Shown here: piece after piece, positions 49,171 through 57,202 of the stretch
How positions within the stretch are numbered: the first letter of the stretch is position 1
Layout: each line of letters starts with the position of its first letter
NCBI GenBank assembly: GCA_943349825.1
Contig: CALQZQ010000006.1
Span: forward strand, 17,582 to 81,581
Length of the DNA stretch: 64,000 nt
Origin: Candidatus Peribacteria bacterium
GTDB lineage: Bacteria; Patescibacteriota; Gracilibacteria; UBA1369; 2-02-FULL-48-14
Direction of reading: 5' to 3'
The notes under the pieces: model-generated
Seen by the model: the letters and a program-made list of their open reading frames with translations, nothing else
Told to the model about the DNA's origin: nothing
Databases searched by the model: none
Made by a program: the position numbers and the translations under genes

Positions 49171-49892
49171 AGTAAATTGTTTTCCAGTAAGTCTCTCACC
49201 TGCGTTAAAATCGAACTGTTGTAGGCGTAGGGCATGCGCTTGGGGCCCAGGAGTCCGATGATGCCTTGGTAGCCGTCGTAATCGTAGCGGGTGAGAATGA
49301 TGGAGCAGCTTTCGATGCCCTGGAGTACGTTTTCTTCGCCGATGAAAATTTTGGCTTCGGCGTCTACTTCAATGTTTTGCAGCGAATGGAGAAAATGGCT
49401 TTGGTCTTCAATCACCTCCATTACTTGGCTGGCTTTGAGCGGAGCTTCCATGAACTCGGGTTGGCGCAGCATTTTTGAAAAGCCCATGAAGAAGGTGCGG
49501 TCGTTTTCGGGAATGGTGGCGAAGGCCATGTTGGGGCTGGCTTGCGACAAAAGGGCCACGGCGTCGTTCACGCGTTGCTTGGCGTTTTGAGCGCGGTGCT
49601 GGTTCATCAGCGTGTGCAAGGTTTGCGTGGCCAGAGCTTGGGCGCGGCCGTAATCGGCGAGTTCGTCCACATAAAGACGGTAGCCTTTGTCGGTGGGCAC
49701 GCGGCCGGCAGAGGTGTGGGGCTGCATGATGAGTCCGGCCTCTTCCAAATCCGCCATGTCGTTGCGCACGGTGGCGGGGCTCACTTTAAAATTGTAGGTG
49801 AGGATGATGGTTTTGGATCCCACCGGTTCCGCCGTCTGAACAAAGTGCTCAATGATGGCGCTGAGGATTTGGTTTTTGCGGGTGTCGGTCAT
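49167..49892 (-). CDS. hrcA: heat-inducible transcription repressor HrcA (short, 241 aa)
   Basis: N-terminal w[28 protein letters not shown]...[18 protein letters not shown]. Confidence 0.9.
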   Translation of the reverse strand: MTDTRKNQILSAIIEHFVQTAEPVGSKTIILTYNFKVSPATVRNDMADLEEAGLIMQPHTSAGRVPTDKGYRLYVDELADYGRAQALATQTLHTLMNQHRAQNAKQRVNDAVALLSQASPNMAFATIPENDRTFFMGFSKMLRQPEFMEAPLKASQVMEVIEDQSHFLHSLQNIEVDAEAKIFIGEENVLQGIESCSIILTRYDYDGYQGIIGLLGPKRMPYAYNSSILTQVRDLLENNLL

Positions 49893-49907
49893 GTTCCTAG
49901 TATAGCA

Positions 49908-50915
49908 TTATTCGCGGCTCGCCATGTACGCGGCGAGGTCGATGCAGCGCAGGGAATAGCCCCATTCGTTGTCGTACCACGCGAGGATTTTCACGAAGTT
50001 GCCGGTTTTGCCGAGCACTTGAGTTTCTCCGGCGTCGAAGATGCTGGAGTGTTTGTCGCCTTTGAAATCCATGGAGACCAGAGGTTGATCGGTATAGCCC
50101 AAAATGCCTTTCATTTCTCCTTCGGAAGCGGCTTTCATGGCGGCGTTGATTTCTTCGGCGGTCACGTCTTTCTCGAGTTCAGCGGTGAGATCCACGAGGG
50201 AAACTACGGGAGTGGGCACGCGTAGGGCGATGCCGTGGAATTTGCCGGTGAGTTCAGGCAGCACGAGCCCGATGGCTTTGGCGGCACCGGTGGACGTGGG
50301 GATGATGTTGAGGGCGGCGGCACGGGCGCGGCGGAAATCTTTATGGTCGTTGTCGGTGAGGTTCTGGTCGTTGGTGTAGGAGTGCACGGTGGTCATGAGT
50401 CCACGTTTGATTCCGAAGTTTTTGCTGAGCACTTTGGCCACAGGAGCGAGACAGTTCGTGGTGCAGCTGGCGTTGCTCACAATGAAGTCTTTGGCGGGAT
50501 CGTACTCGGTGTGGTTCACGCCCATCAGCAAAGTGTGGTCGATTTCATCCTTGGCGGGAGCAGAAATCATCACGCGTTTGGCGCCGGCGGTGATGTGTTT
50601 GGAAGCGCCTTCCTTACTAGTGAAAGCTCCGGTGCATTCGATCACGAGGTCGATTTTGAGATCTTTCCAAGGGAGAGCCAGAGGGTCTCGGTTTTGCACC
50701 AGGATGGTTTCTTTGCCGTCGACAGTCAGTTTTCCGGGTTCACCCTTGATCTCCATGGGAATGGTGCCGTAGTTGGAATCGTATTTGAGCAAATGCGCGG
50801 TTTGTACGGGGTCTCCGAGGTCATTCACTGCCACGATGTCGATGGTGGGGTTCATTAAATTCGCACGAAAGATCATTCGTCCGATTCGGCCAAAGCCATT
50901 GATGGCAACACGCAT
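49908..50915 (-). CDS. gap: glyceraldehyde-3-phosphate dehydrogenase
   Basis: INGFGRIGR and SNASCTTNCLAP motifs. Confidence 0.98.
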   Translation of the reverse strand: MRVAINGFGRIGRMIFRANLMNPTIDIVAVNDLGDPVQTAHLLKYDSNYGTIPMEIKGEPGKLTVDGKETILVQNRDPLALPWKDLKIDLVIECTGAFTSKEGASKHITAGAKRVMISAPAKDEIDHTLLMGVNHTEYDPAKDFIVSNASCTTNCLAPVAKVLSKNFGIKRGLMTTVHSYTNDQNLTDNDHKDFRRARAAALNIIPTSTGAAKAIGLVLPELTGKFHGIALRVPTPVVSLVDLTAELEKDVTAEEINAAMKAASEGEMKGILGYTDQPLVSMDFKGDKHSSIFDAGETQVLGKTGNFVKILAWYDNEWGYSLRCIDLAAYMASRE

Positions 50916-50937
50916 GATGGAGGGGTTAATCGCGGGT

Positions 50938-50965
50938 AGTATAATGATTTTTGGCTTGGGTTCAA
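50938..50965 (-). promoter_or_regulatory. gap-hrcA promoter TTGAAC-16-TATACT
   Basis: On the minus strand the -35 is at 50960-50965 and the -10 at 50938-50943. Confidence 0.6.
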
Positions 50966-50994
50966 ACGCTAATTTTAGCTATATTGTCCTCGTT

Positions 50995-51219
50995 ATGGTC
51001 CATCGCCTAAAAAAGTTTCATTCTCGCTTCAAAACCTTTGGTTTTGTTTTGACCACTGTTTTAGGGGTTGTACTTTTTTGGAGAGGAGTATGGGGCCTCA
51101 TGGATATTTACCTTTTCCCCGATCAGCCTACGCTGAGTTATCTCTTATCTATTTTAGGAGGTTTGCTAGTTTTGTGGATTGATGATGGAGAGATTGAGGA
51201 ATTGGTCCATCACTCCTAG
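50995..51219 (+). CDS. small 2-TM membrane protein (74 aa from internal ATG)
   Basis: The track ORF 50773-51219 overlaps gap. The Met at 50995 (MVHRLKKFHSRF...) follows a TATATT hexamer by 9 nt. Confidence 0.5.
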   Translation: MVHRLKKFHSRFKTFGFVLTTVLGVVLFWRGVWGLMDIYLFPDQPTLSYLLSILGGLLVLWIDDGEIEELVHHS

Positions 51220-52277
51220 AGTTTAAGTTCTGCCGCAGGCTCGGTGTATTGCTTGGCTTTGCTGAAATAAGTGGAATGGAGCCAGCGGGTTTCTTGGGTG
51301 CCGTCGCCGTGGGTGAGGAGGTATTTCCAGACGATTTCTCCGATGCCCAGGTCGCCGACATTGCTTAGGGTTTCCTCGGTTTCGTTGCTGGCGGTGTAGG
51401 GCCCGATCAGGGTGGTTTCGCGCCCGTCATCTTGTCCATAAAAACGGATCGTGGCTTCGTAGTAGCCTTCTTCTTGCGCCACCATCAAAAGGTAGTTGGG
51501 AGTGTTATTCACAAATTTGAGGTCTTGTTCGTCGGGGAAGACAGTGGCGTCCAGGCCGTCGCCGTAATCGTTGTAGTAAATGACATAGAGGCTGTGGTTG
51601 CGTTGCTCGGTGATTTCGAGCGCGGCGTCGAGTGCGGCGCGGTAAACGGTGGTGGAGACTTGGCACACGCCACCGGCGGGAGCGGGTTCTGCCACTTTGC
51701 CATCCACAATCACGAGCGCACGCTTCCAGCCTCCGTACTCAATCGGGCCGAGGAAATCCAGGTAAGAAAATTCGCCTCCTGGTGGAATGAGCACGCCGTT
51801 GAATTTTTCGTTGAGAGCCTTTCTTATATTGAACTCGCGCTCGGGTGAAGATCCCCAAAAGGTGGATTTCCCCTCGCCGAGCAGTTGCAGTGGGCCTAGG
51901 TCCACGCCGGTTTCATTGAGGATTTGCCCGGGCAGCTTTTGGATGAAGGGTGTGTTTCGCCCCAGGGTGATTTGCAGGCGAGTGAGGAAGTCGATGAGGT
52001 GGTATCCGTCCGCTATTGTGCCGGTTTGGGTGACCTTGGAAACTTGCGTGGGATCGGCGGCGGTGATGTGGATGTCTTTCGCGGGCGAGTCCACGAGAGA
52101 GTGCAGCGTGCTGGTGACGTAGCTGAGGAAGGCCGGCGTGAAGCCCGTGGGAGTGAGATCTTTTTCTTGAGTGGGGAAGGTGTAGGTGGTTCCGTTGGCC
52201 TCTATTAAAAGATCCGCGTGGGCGGTGGGGGCGGCGAGCAGGAGTGCTGTTGCCAGCGTGAGGTAGGCGATTTTCAT
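51216..52277 (-). CDS. VanW-family protein, secreted
   Basis: The ATG at 52277 gives the signal peptide MKIAYLTLATALLLAAPTAHA. VanW core PAGGVCQVSTTVYRAAL. Confidence 0.8.
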   Translation of the reverse strand: MKIAYLTLATALLLAAPTAHADLLIEANGTTYTFPTQEKDLTPTGFTPAFLSYVTSTLHSLVDSPAKDIHITAADPTQVSKVTQTGTIADGYHLIDFLTRLQITLGRNTPFIQKLPGQILNETGVDLGPLQLLGEGKSTFWGSSPEREFNIRKALNEKFNGVLIPPGGEFSYLDFLGPIEYGGWKRALVIVDGKVAEPAPAGGVCQVSTTVYRAALDAALEITEQRNHSLYVIYYNDYGDGLDATVFPDEQDLKFVNNTPNYLLMVAQEEGYYEATIRFYGQDDGRETTLIGPYTASNETEETLSNVGDLGIGEIVWKYLLTHGDGTQETRWLHSTYFSKAKQYTEPAAELKL

Positions 52278-52403
52278 GGATTCAATTGTAGCAGTGTTGG
52301 GGCTTGCGCCAATGGTGAGTATAGCCTCACCACAATTGTGCAAAACGAGCCAGTCGAAGTATGTTTTTTGTCAGGACTTTTGGTGACGGGTGGGGGTAAA
52401 ATT

Positions 52404-53237
52404 ATGGCGTCTTTTAATCTGTTAAATATGACTGATGAACAACTCCTTCGGCTCTGCGAAAAATTTGGGAAACGGGCACTGCTGTGGCGGCAAAAGTTTA
52501 CAGGACTACTGCCGGAAGTGAATCGGCGGCGGCTTTATGAGAAGCGTGGGTGTCAGAGTATTTTTGAGTTTGCCTACAAACTTGCCGGACTTTCCAAGGA
52601 ACAAGTTCAGAGGGCTGTTCAGTTGGAAAGGACCTTTTTGGACAAACCGGCGCTTCACGAACTCTTGGTGCGGGGTCAGGCGAGTTTGAGCAAGCTCGCT
52701 AAAATAGCCTCCGTTGCTACTTTGGAAAATGAGGAATTTTTGGCCGAGCAGGTGAAACGTTTACCCAGAAAAGCCTTGGAAACTTTGGTGAGGGACGAGC
52801 GTGTTTTTGAAAAGCAAAATGGCGTACCAAAGCCATTATTTGCGGTAAAAGTTGTTCCCGGGAACAACTTTGAATTGTCCGATGAAGTGGTGCAAAAGCT
52901 GAGGCGCCTCCACGAGCAGGGGCAGGATGTGGATGCGATTCTTTTGGGGCTTCTTGAGCTACGCGAGGAAAGGATCGCTCGAGAGAAAGAAGAAGTTGCG
53001 AGCGGGTTGAAGGCTACGGATTCTCATTATATTCCGGTGAGGGTACGCCGCGTGCTTCGGGAGGAATTCGGCAAAAAATGCTCCATTATGACTTGCCCAA
53101 AACCCGCTGAAGAAATCCACCATACTCAACGGTTTTTTTTGGGACGTTCACATGACCCGCACTATCTTGCGCCCCTTTGTCACGAGCATCATCAGCTGGC
53201 GCATGCCGTGGATGTGCGCGTGAGGGAGCATTGGTAG
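52404..53237 (+). CDS. HNH endonuclease with N-terminal helical (DUF222-like) domain
   Basis: The ATG at 52404 gives MASFNLLNMTDEQLL. The C-terminal HNH motif is EIHHTQRF...APLCHEHHQLAH. Confidence 0.75.
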   Translation: MASFNLLNMTDEQLLRLCEKFGKRALLWRQKFTGLLPEVNRRRLYEKRGCQSIFEFAYKLAGLSKEQVQRAVQLERTFLDKPALHELLVRGQASLSKLAKIASVATLENEEFLAEQVKRLPRKALETLVRDERVFEKQNGVPKPLFAVKVVPGNNFELSDEVVQKLRRLHEQGQDVDAILLGLLELREERIAREKEEVASGLKATDSHYIPVRVRRVLREEFGKKCSIMTCPKPAEEIHHTQRFFLGRSHDPHYLAPLCHEHHQLAHAVDVRVREHW

Positions 53238-53250
53238 TGTAGTGAGCACG

Positions 53251-53286
53251 CCCTCACCACGACCGGTAGTGGGAGGGTGATTTTTG
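53251..53286 (+). terminator. terminator after HNH gene
   Basis: CCCTC(A)CCAC-gaccggta-GTGGGAGGG followed by TGATTTTTGG. Confidence 0.65.
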
Positions 53287-53529
53287 GAGCCACTATTGCC
53301 GTGTCGTGTGCAAAATAGTTGTGCAATGAGTGCGGCGCTTTAGCAAGTAGTTTTTCTTGAAAAGTTGCGCCCCCACTTAACAGGTTTAAAATCGCGCAAT
53401 CTGCAAACTGTTGCATACAAATTGTGCACATCTTCCGCATCCAATTTAAGCATTGTCTTGACGGTGAATATTCTGCGTCCTAGGGTGGGCTTACTTTCTA
53501 CAGCTCGTTCAAAAAACTTATACAAGGTT

Positions 53530-54486
53530 GTGCATAAAAGTTATCCAGCTTCTGAGCCGCATCATGAGTCCGTCCTTCTAAAGGAATCACTCGAAATGCT
53601 GGGCCTGAAGCCGGGGATGACCGTAGTGGATTGCACCTTGGGACTCGGAGGACATTCAGCAGAAATACTGAAAGCCATCGGACCCAAAGGACATCTCTAC
53701 GCCTTCGAAAAGGATGCAAGAAACCTGAAAGTTGCAAAGGAACGACTTGGGAAGATCGCGAAAAATTTCACTATTTTCCACGATTCATTCAGCTCATTGA
53801 CAGATCGGCTAAGGAGGGAAGGGGCATCGTTGTTCGATGCTATTCTCTTTGATCTAGGACTCTCCTCCCCACATGTTGACGATGCTGCCCGCGGATTTTC
53901 TTTCTCCAAAGAAGGCCCGCTGGATATGCGCTTCGACCCCCGACAGAAGAAAACAGCTGCCGACGTTCTCAATTCCTACACGGAATCGGACCTCGCGGAT
54001 GTGTTCTATAAGTACGGGGAAGAACGACAATCGCGAAAACTCGCGCGTGCCGTTGTCGATGACCGTCGAAAGGGACCGTTTGTCTCCACGCAACAGTTTC
54101 TATCCTTTTTGGATCGTGTTCTCGGGAGAGCCAAGTCCGGCAAGAACCGGGCCCCCCAAATTTTTCAAGCCCTCCGCATGGAGGTGAATGAGGAACTGTT
54201 GGCCCTGGAGCTTGGTCTCAATCAAGCGATTGAGCTTTTAGCTCCTCACGGACGCGTGGTTGTGCTCAGTTACCACTCTCTTGAAGACCGCTTTGTTAAG
54301 CAGCTCTTCAAGCAACTGGCCACAGACCTCCGCGATCCGAATGACATCTTTGGGCGCAGAGTCCTCAGGTCAAAGAGCCTTTCCCTCCTTACTAAAAAGC
54401 CGATCAAACCCTCCGCAGAGGAGGTATCCCGTAACCCGCGAGCTCGCAGCGCTGTGCTGAGAGCCGTAGAAAAACTCCCCACATGA
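53530..54486 (+). CDS. rsmH: 16S rRNA (cytosine1402-N4)-methyltransferase RsmH
   Basis: HESVLLKESLE, DCTLGLGGHS and FDLGLSSPHVDD motifs. The GTG start at 53530 was chosen to keep the conserved N-terminus, so the start is uncertain. Confidence 0.9.
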   Translation: MHKSYPASEPHHESVLLKESLEMLGLKPGMTVVDCTLGLGGHSAEILKAIGPKGHLYAFEKDARNLKVAKERLGKIAKNFTIFHDSFSSLTDRLRREGASLFDAILFDLGLSSPHVDDAARGFSFSKEGPLDMRFDPRQKKTAADVLNSYTESDLADVFYKYGEERQSRKLARAVVDDRRKGPFVSTQQFLSFLDRVLGRAKSGKNRAPQIFQALRMEVNEELLALELGLNQAIELLAPHGRVVVLSYHSLEDRFVKQLFKQLATDLRDPNDIFGRRVLRSKSLSLLTKKPIKPSAEEVSRNPRARSAVLRAVEKLPT

Positions 54487-54830
54487 TTCCGTTTATTTCT
54501 AATCTCCGCGCCCTCTTCATTCGTAATGAACGGCTCAGTTTTGCGTCCGCCGGAGCTCTCATGCTCCTGATGGTGGTGGGCATGGGCATGGTCTCGCTCA
54601 CGTCGCTCAACGACAAAGCCATGAAGGGTTATCAGCTCAACAAATTGGAAACTTCACACGAACAGTTGGTGCAGGATGGGGAAGTGACAGACATGCTGTC
54701 GCTCCGCGCGCGCTCCATGAGTGTGATCGAGGCCGCCACGACTTATATGGTGAAGCCCGACCGTACAGATATTACTTATGTACTGCCGGTGGCCGTGGTG
54801 GCATCGAACGATTCCGAGCTCAGTTATTAA
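54483..54830 (+). CDS. FtsL-like single-TM division protein (tentative)
   Basis: 115 aa with one TM then a coiled segment. It overlaps the rsmH stop by 4 nt, which is the usual FtsL position. Confidence 0.45.
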   Translation: MIPFISNLRALFIRNERLSFASAGALMLLMVVGMGMVSLTSLNDKAMKGYQLNKLETSHEQLVQDGEVTDMLSLRARSMSVIEAATTYMVKPDRTDITYVLPVAVVASNDSELSY

Positions 54831-54873
54831 AAACGACACCCCATTTTAATGGGGCTTAAGGGGAAATCGCACA

Positions 54874-54902
54874 AAGCCCTCCGCAAGGAGGGTTTTGTGT
54901 TT
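54874..54902 (+). terminator. rho-independent terminator
   Basis: CCCTCC-GCAA-GGAGGG followed by TTTTGTGTTTG. Confidence 0.8.
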
Positions 54903-54956
54903 GACGTGCCCGGTGGTGGCTTTGCCTGCGCTATGCCGCGCGCTGCTGAGTGGTAC

Positions 54957-54984
54957 TTGACATAACAAATAAAATGGGTATAGT
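54957..54984 (+). promoter_or_regulatory. promoter TTGACA-16-TATAGT for the thioredoxin-led cluster
   Basis: TTGACA at 54957-54962 and TATAGT at 54979-54984. Confidence 0.6.
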
Positions 54985-55007
54985 ATGCCTACTTCTCTTT
55001 ATAAAAA

Positions 55008-55811
55008 ATGCCTAAAACTCCTGATCCTTTTCGTAGCTCTCGGCCCGGTGAAAGTGAAGCAGCTGCGCTTGCTTCTTTGCATAAAACATTAGGCGTTCCA
55101 GCAGTAGCTCCTAGTCGTTCGGCGGCTGTGGATTCTGTTGTTCGAAGGGATATGGCTGGCTTGGCTGCGCGTGCTAAGGCCATTGCTCCTAATCCTGCAC
55201 CGCTCGCGATTGCGGCGCCTGCGCTTCCCCCAGATCTTCCCGTAGAACCGGCTCCTTCGGGCCGTTGGATGCTTCCCTTGGCTATTGTTAGCTCTTTTGG
55301 GATGACGATGTGTTGTGCCGGATCGTGTGGAGGGCTTTTTACGGCCGCTCAGTTTGGAATGTTTTCGAGCGACGAAGTGTCTGATCATGAGGCTGTGCCT
55401 TATAGCCCTCGTCGAGCTTCTACAAGAACTACTACGTTGCCTAGTCCTAGTGCTGGAGGATCTAAATCGCCGACGACTAAAGGTAAAGGTGTGGAAGAGG
55501 CTACGGATGCGAATTTTGACCAAGCCATTGAAAGAGGGGACACGCCCGTGTTCGTTGATTTTTATGCGACTTGGTGTGGACCTTGTAAGGTTGAAGCACC
55601 CTTATTGGAGCAGATGGCTGCAAAATATGCCGGTAAAGTAGTGGTGTTGAAGGTGGATGCGGAGGCTTCTCCTGAAACTGCGAAACAATATGGGATCAAT
55701 GCGTATCCTACTTTGGTGGAATTCAAACATGGCAAAGAAGTGAAACGCATAGAGGGCGCTCTGGATTTATCTGAACTGGATGCTGAATTTGCAGCTCTTA
55801 TTAAAAAATAA
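55008..55811 (+). CDS. membrane-anchored thioredoxin (N-in, Trx domain outside)
   Basis: 267 aa. It has an ~85 aa Pro/Ala-rich N-terminus, the TM segment WMLPLAIVSSFGMTMCCAGSCGGLF, a Ser/Thr/Pro linker, then a canonical Trx domain FVDFYATWCGPCK. Confidence 0.85.
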   Translation: MPKTPDPFRSSRPGESEAAALASLHKTLGVPAVAPSRSAAVDSVVRRDMAGLAARAKAIAPNPAPLAIAAPALPPDLPVEPAPSGRWMLPLAIVSSFGMTMCCAGSCGGLFTAAQFGMFSSDEVSDHEAVPYSPRRASTRTTTLPSPSAGGSKSPTTKGKGVEEATDANFDQAIERGDTPVFVDFYATWCGPCKVEAPLLEQMAAKYAGKVVVLKVDAEASPETAKQYGINAYPTLVEFKHGKEVKRIEGALDLSELDAEFAALIKK

Positions 55812-55814
55812 ACC

Positions 55815-57122
55815 ATGTCTACTGCTTTGGATCAGCAACGGGAGGGCCAAGAAGGGGTTTTGCTAAAGAAGCTGGGTTTGGGTGCGGCCATCGGTCTTTT
55901 TACCGGTACTGTTGCAGCGACTTCTTTGGCGGTGTGCGCCGGTGTGGGTTATGAAGTGCTCACGCATGAGAGTGACAACTCCGAGGCTTTGCCCCAGGTG
56001 CCGGTTTCTCGTAGAGAAGCGGCTCGACAGTCGCGAGCTCCCCATGCTCCTAGTACTCCCAGGAGTACGGCCAGTTCCTCGAGGCCTACTGCTTCTTCTG
56101 CCGTACCGGCCCAGGTGCCCACTCCTACACTCACTCCCACAGTGCTCCCCGATACCTTGCCTGCCAGCATTACGGCTTCGCTTGCCGAGAAAATTCGAGC
56201 TCGATTGGAACAATTGGATGCGGCGGATGGCTTTGACGGACCTTTGTTTTTGGGTATGCAAGAGAGTGGTTTGCCTGATGGGCGAGACCAATATATCGGT
56301 ACTCCGGGCTTGAAGATTGTCCCTTATCAGGAAGTGGCCGATCTCGCTAAGCCGGGGGAATACCTGACTTTTTTGATCGATACGATGGATTCGCCTCAGG
56401 ATGCAGCTGAACTCACGCACCCTTTTTTCTTGCGACCGGGGGACAGCACTCAGTATCCCGGTTTCCCCCAAGATATTATCCAGCGTGAACAGGGAGATTG
56501 TGATGATTATTCGATTTTAACGCAGTTGGCTTTGAGCCGTTTGGGCCAGAGAAAAGGAGTGGATTATCACCCTCGTGTTATTGGTGAAGTTCCTAAAGGG
56601 ACCACTGTGGGTCATGCAGTAACGATCTATGATGAGAATGGAGTTCCTTTTACCATCGATCAAAATCTCCCCAGACCTTTCCATGGTATTTCCGAGGCTT
56701 CTTCTTTCTTTCCTCGTGTGGACAGGGCCCATTGGATTGAAATAACGGTTGCTACTCCGAACCGCAGCTACCGTTTGCCCATCAGCGGAGGAACTCTACA
56801 ACCTGACTATAGAAAGGAAATGGTGGCGCGCTTGAACGGTGAGACTTATGCTGGTGAGGGGTTTGACTTTTCTAGTTTGCCCTCCGGCTGGGATCACTAT
56901 AGTGGTGGATTGTTATGTTTTGCACCGGATGCTGATGCGGAGTGTGCCCAAATGGTTATTTTACAAGATGGCAAACTGAATCAGGTTTCTTATGAGACCG
57001 GGGCTTTGGCTTGGCAGAAGTACGATCGGAATGGGAAGTTGGAGGCTGAAATTTTCCGCTCGGGGTCCACTCGTGTGATTGAATATCGCGATGGGCAAAA
57101 GGTAAATGTGGTCCCTTTTTAA
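55815..57122 (+). CDS. membrane-anchored protein with transglutaminase/papain-like Cys-His core and MORN/YwqK-like C-terminal repeats (tentative)
   Basis: 435 aa with a TM at ~20-44 and a Pro/Ser/Thr linker. Motifs are QGDCDDYSILTQLAL ... VGHAVTIYDENG ... IDQN, and the C-terminus reads YETGALAWQKYDRNGKLEAEIFRSGSTRVIEYRDGQKV. Confidence 0.45.
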   Translation: MSTALDQQREGQEGVLLKKLGLGAAIGLFTGTVAATSLAVCAGVGYEVLTHESDNSEALPQVPVSRREAARQSRAPHAPSTPRSTASSSRPTASSAVPAQVPTPTLTPTVLPDTLPASITASLAEKIRARLEQLDAADGFDGPLFLGMQESGLPDGRDQYIGTPGLKIVPYQEVADLAKPGEYLTFLIDTMDSPQDAAELTHPFFLRPGDSTQYPGFPQDIIQREQGDCDDYSILTQLALSRLGQRKGVDYHPRVIGEVPKGTTVGHAVTIYDENGVPFTIDQNLPRPFHGISEASSFFPRVDRAHWIEITVATPNRSYRLPISGGTLQPDYRKEMVARLNGETYAGEGFDFSSLPSGWDHYSGGLLCFAPDADAECAQMVILQDGKLNQVSYETGALAWQKYDRNGKLEAEIFRSGSTRVIEYRDGQKVNVVPF

Positions 57123-57150
57123 GGTTCAATAGTTTGATTAAAACAAATAC

Positions 57151-57179
57151 TTGACAATGTGTATATCTTGTATTATATT
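57151..57179 (+). promoter_or_regulatory. promoter TTGACA-17-TATATT
   Basis: TTGACA at 57151-57156 and TATATT at 57174-57179. The ATG is 23 nt downstream. Confidence 0.65.
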
Positions 57180-57202
57180 GACACTCTCTAACTTCTATTT
57201 CT

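Noticed and set aside
47700-49300. An IS element, integrase or phage att site as the cause of the hrcA 3' duplication.
   Set aside because: No transposase or integrase ORF, terminal inverted repeats or tRNA gene is present. The repeat is diverged coding sequence and not a short identical target-site duplication.
54985-55092. A 35-aa upstream ORF (MPTSLYKKCLKLLILFVALGPVKVKQLRLLLCIKH) in front of the thioredoxin gene.
   Set aside because: Its ATG directly abuts the TATAGT -10 hexamer, so it would lie upstream of the predicted transcription start. It is in a different frame from the thioredoxin gene and is hydrophobic and low in complexity.
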